Shown: piece after piece, positions 40,044 through 42,998 of the stretch
Layout: every line of letters begins with the position of its first letter
Position numbering within the stretch: position 1 is the stretch's first letter
Assembly: GCA_033764315.1 (NCBI GenBank)
Contig: JANRJA010000210.1
Coordinates: forward strand, 1 to 42,998
Source of the DNA: Oculatellaceae cyanobacterium bins.114
GTDB lineage: Bacteria > Cyanobacteriota > Cyanobacteriia > Elainellales > Elainellaceae
Length of the DNA stretch: 42,998 nt
Direction of reading: 5' to 3'
The notes under the pieces: model-generated
Seen by the model: the letters and a program-made list of their open reading frames with translations, nothing else
Database searches by the model: none
What the model was told of the DNA's origin: nothing
Made by a program: the position numbers and the translations under genes

Positions 40044-40865
40044 ATGTCTGTTGAAATTTGTTCTATTCCGGTTGCCCTGACGATCGCTGGTTCCGATAGT
40101 GGCGGTGGTGCCGGAATTCAGGCTGATTTACGCACGTTTTCGTTTCACAAAGTGCATGGCACCAGTGCCCTAACCTGCATCACGGCTCAAAACACGCTGG
40201 GGGTGACGCGAGTAGATGCCCTGCCACCCGAATCAGTTGTGGCTCAGATTGAGGCAGTTGTGAGTGATATCGGCGTACAGGCCACCAAAACAGGAATGCT
40301 GCTCAATCAGGCAATTATTGCAGCGGTGGCACAACAGGCAAGAACTTTAGATTTGGGGCAGTTGGTGGTCGATCCGGTCATGGTGTCGCGCACCGGAGCA
40401 CAGTTAATCGATGATGAGGCGATCGCCACTTTGCGAAGTGACCTGATTCCTCTAGCAACTCTGTTGACCCCCAACCGCTATGAAGCACAAATCCTCAGTG
40501 GATTGGAAATTACAACACTGACCGATATGCAAACCGCTGCCCAAAAAATTTATAGCCTTGGGGCAACCGCTGTGTTAGTCAAAGGCGGTGGCATGAGCGG
40601 TGAGTTGCGGGGGGTGGATGTGTTGTTTGATGGTAACTGCCTGGAAACGCTGCAAACGACGACCGTGGAGACAACCGATACCCACGGCACTGGATGTACC
40701 TTATCAGCCGCGATCGCCGCAAATTTGGCACAAGGACAAGACCTTTTCACCGCGGTGCAAAACGGCAAACAGTATGTCACCACGGCTCTCAAACACGCCC
40801 TCCGCATCGGCAAAGGACAAGGCCCTGTCGGACACTTCTTTCCGTTACTGGGAAGTAGGGAGTAG
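40044..40865 (+). CDS. thiD: Hydroxymethylpyrimidine/phosphomethylpyrimidine kinase
   Basis: LTIAGSDSGGGAGIQADL, VVDPVMV, LTPNRYEA and THGTGCTLSAA motifs. Confidence 0.97.
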   Translation: MSVEICSIPVALTIAGSDSGGGAGIQADLRTFSFHKVHGTSALTCITAQNTLGVTRVDALPPESVVAQIEAVVSDIGVQATKTGMLLNQAIIAAVAQQARTLDLGQLVVDPVMVSRTGAQLIDDEAIATLRSDLIPLATLLTPNRYEAQILSGLEITTLTDMQTAAQKIYSLGATAVLVKGGGMSGELRGVDVLFDGNCLETLQTTTVETTDTHGTGCTLSAAIAANLAQGQDLFTAVQNGKQYVTTALKHALRIGKGQGPVGHFFPLLGSRE

Positions 40866-41066
40866 GGAAGAGGCGCGATTTATCGCGTCTGTACAGATGG
40901 GGGGTAGGCAGAGGGATTAAACTAATGACTATGAAGCATTAACCATTGATCACTGACCGTTCGACTGAAGCATACGGCGAAGCCATTGACCACTGGCTAC
41001 TGACCAACCACTATCCACTGACAAATAATCCGTATCTGTTCCCTCCCCACTCCTCACCGTGCTGTT

Positions 41067-41564
41067 ATGAAGAACTTAGATCGCAACAGAAATCAAGTCT
41101 CGTCGCAGCATGTTGAATATTTCAAGCAGGGGCGGTTGCACCAGGAAAATGAGGATCTGAGAAAACAAGTTGACCACGCATGGCAACAATTTGAGGCTGT
41201 GAATGCTCAGGGTGAAGAATTGCAAAAAACGGTTGAAGAAGTAACTGCGATCGCCCACCGAGAACAACAAGAAAAACAGAGTTTGATGCACAAACTCCAG
41301 GACGCGATCGCCTCTCGCAACTCCATGCGCGGTCGATTGGGCAACATGACCGCTCAACGCAACAAACTATTTGAAGCACTCAAAACCAACATCGATCGCC
41401 TCACTGATGCCCATCAGAAAATTAACCAACTGCAACAAGAATACGACAGTGACCTGGCAGAATTTGCCAGAGTCTATCTAGAAATGACCCCAGAACAACG
41501 ACGCGCACTTCCCCCTAAATTAAGACGATTGTTAGAGCAAGTCGCCCGCGACTATCAAGAATAA
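41067..41564 (+). CDS. Hypothetical coiled-coil protein
   Basis: 165-aa Q/E/K-rich heptad ORF; no family recognised. Confidence 0.7.
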   Translation: MKNLDRNRNQVSSQHVEYFKQGRLHQENEDLRKQVDHAWQQFEAVNAQGEELQKTVEEVTAIAHREQQEKQSLMHKLQDAIASRNSMRGRLGNMTAQRNKLFEALKTNIDRLTDAHQKINQLQQEYDSDLAEFARVYLEMTPEQRRALPPKLRRLLEQVARDYQE

Positions 41565-41598
41565 CCCCATTCAAAACCCGAAATATCAAAACAGAGCT

Positions 41599-42141
41599 AT
41601 GAGAAGCAGATCTGAACGCAACCAAGACTTTGAAGCGATTAAAACTAACTTATTTGAGGCAGGAGTCGCCGCACTGCAAGCTGCCCAAGCCGGAGAACAC
41701 CTGTTTGACCGATCTATAGAGGCGATCGCAGAAGCGATGGACATTCCCCAAGAAGGTACCGTTTTCCCTAACAAACCTGTGCTCACGGAAGTTAATCTGG
41801 TCTACGAGATCGTGTTTGCCGAAAAACAAGACGCAGAGGCGATCGGCAACTATGATGCCTATGTCACCGCTAGCCGCAAACTCCAAACGTTGGAAGAACT
41901 TGATGTTGAGCAGTTAGAACGCGAAGCCCGCAAACTTGAAGCTCAACTCCGCATTGTGAATGCTAAACGACAGTTAACTCAACTCTCTCAACCTTCTTCG
42001 CAATCCTCCACCGAATCCGCCTCATCTCCCTGGACAGAGAGCCGACTGAAGAAGGAATTTAAGACGTTAGAAGCGGTTCGCAGTGCGCTAGGCATCGAAG
42101 CCCGCACCTGGAAAAAAGCGGTGGAAGAAGCGAATCAGTAG
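41599..42141 (+). CDS. Hypothetical protein (coiled coil plus small C-terminal domain)
   Basis: 180-aa ORF 34 bp downstream of the previous gene; a Ser-rich linker precedes WTESRLKKEFKTL...GIEARTW. Confidence 0.7.
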   Translation: MRSRSERNQDFEAIKTNLFEAGVAALQAAQAGEHLFDRSIEAIAEAMDIPQEGTVFPNKPVLTEVNLVYEIVFAEKQDAEAIGNYDAYVTASRKLQTLEELDVEQLEREARKLEAQLRIVNAKRQLTQLSQPSSQSSTESASSPWTESRLKKEFKTLEAVRSALGIEARTWKKAVEEANQ

Positions 42142-42384
42142 GAAAGCAAAAGGGCGATCGCCCAATGTCTCAGTTCAAGGTAGGCAACCAGAACTGGCAA
42201 ATGCATAAATGGTTAGACATAAACGTATCTTCATGAAAGAGCCAATTATGAAGTTGTCAGCCTATCTACCCCATATTGGGATCTTAGGCGGAAAGTTTCC
42301 GTCTAAGAATAGTTATGCTGCAATTCTCTGGTGGGGAAGTAGCTGATATTTCATCTGCTAGTATCAAAGTCTAATAGGGTAAAA

Positions 42385-42705
42385 ATGGCTTGCTATCAAG
42401 ACCTTGAAACAATCGATTACTTTCCAGTAGATAGCAGTATTGTGCTACGTGCTGTGGGATGGCTAGGTACAGAGTGCAAGGTTCCAACTGGGAAAGTAAC
42501 ACAGCAAGTCTTTAATAAACTTTGTGAGCTAGCAGAAAATCCCTGGCAAGCTGTAGTATCAGCAGGTTTTCATGTTTGTGAGCTTTGTCAATTTCAGGAT
42601 TACGAGCATACGGCAAGAGGAACAAACAATTTATTTATTCCATTCAGTGGTGTAATTTACGTGGCACCTGAGCTAATTGTTCATTACATCAACGTGCATC
42701 ACTAG
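42385..42705 (+). pseudogene. Cys/His-motif hypothetical protein, probably truncated by an IS
   Basis: GFHVCELC...YVAPELIVHYINVHH; the final G of its TAG stop is the first base of the putative IS end GGGAGC. Confidence 0.6.
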
Positions 42706-42998
42706 GGAGCATGTCACCTTTGTAGTGAGTAAAAATACTTAAGAGGTTGAGGTACTGGAAAATATAAGCGGTATCCGTCAGAATCAGAGCAATTAACTCT
42801 GCCAACAAGACCATGCAACCTGAACAAGAGCAAGCCCTCAAAGCCCATCTTCAAGCCATTGCCAAAATTCTCTATGAGGACAGCGACCCAGATGCCATGC
42901 AAACGCTAGAAGGGATTGAAATGACCGTCAGACAGAAGATTCAAGCGCACGTGGGTCCAGAGTTGGGAAATTTTTTATTAGAACGATTACAGGAACAA
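42705..42998 (+). mobile_element. ISKra4-like insertion sequence, left end (runs off the right edge)
   Basis: Putative end GGGAGCATGTCACCTTTG. An ORF from ATG 42813 (MQPEQEQALKAHLQAIAKILYED...LEGIEMTVRQKIQAHVGPELGNF) resembles cyanobacterial ISKra4-type N-termini as recalled. Slippery site T_TTT_TTA at 42971-42977. Confidence 0.75.

Overview
Cyanobacterial chromosomal window, probably a filamentous Leptolyngbya/Oculatella-like organism (inference from the photosynthesis genes and the abundant HIP1 octamer GCGATCGC). Core loci include the 5' part of psbD, ycf4, a cyclophilin, amt, a cruP-like cyclase, mntCAB, deoC-recO-MFS-GT4, carA, trpD, dnaA without adjacent dnaN, vipp1/pspA, tRNA-Tyr and tRNA-Thr, and thiD. 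The strongest system-level find is a five-gene operon at 11797-14882: a small lipoprotein with seven Met-containing (D/E)AM(E/Q/K)SP repeats, a Tat-type thioredoxin, CcdA, a membrane cytochrome b and a Tat-lipoprotein molybdoenzyme. It looks like an envelope methionine-sponge and recycling system. Also notable: two decayed gene stubs that both end at HIP1 and bracket a cupin gene; a 118-bp MITE with a 5-bp target duplication after dnaA; D2 substitutions W191F and G99W; an adjacent GH3 and AspH-type hydroxylase pair; a ManR-type box; several REP families; and an ISKra4-like element truncating a gene at the right edge. All assignments come from motif recognition, not database searches.
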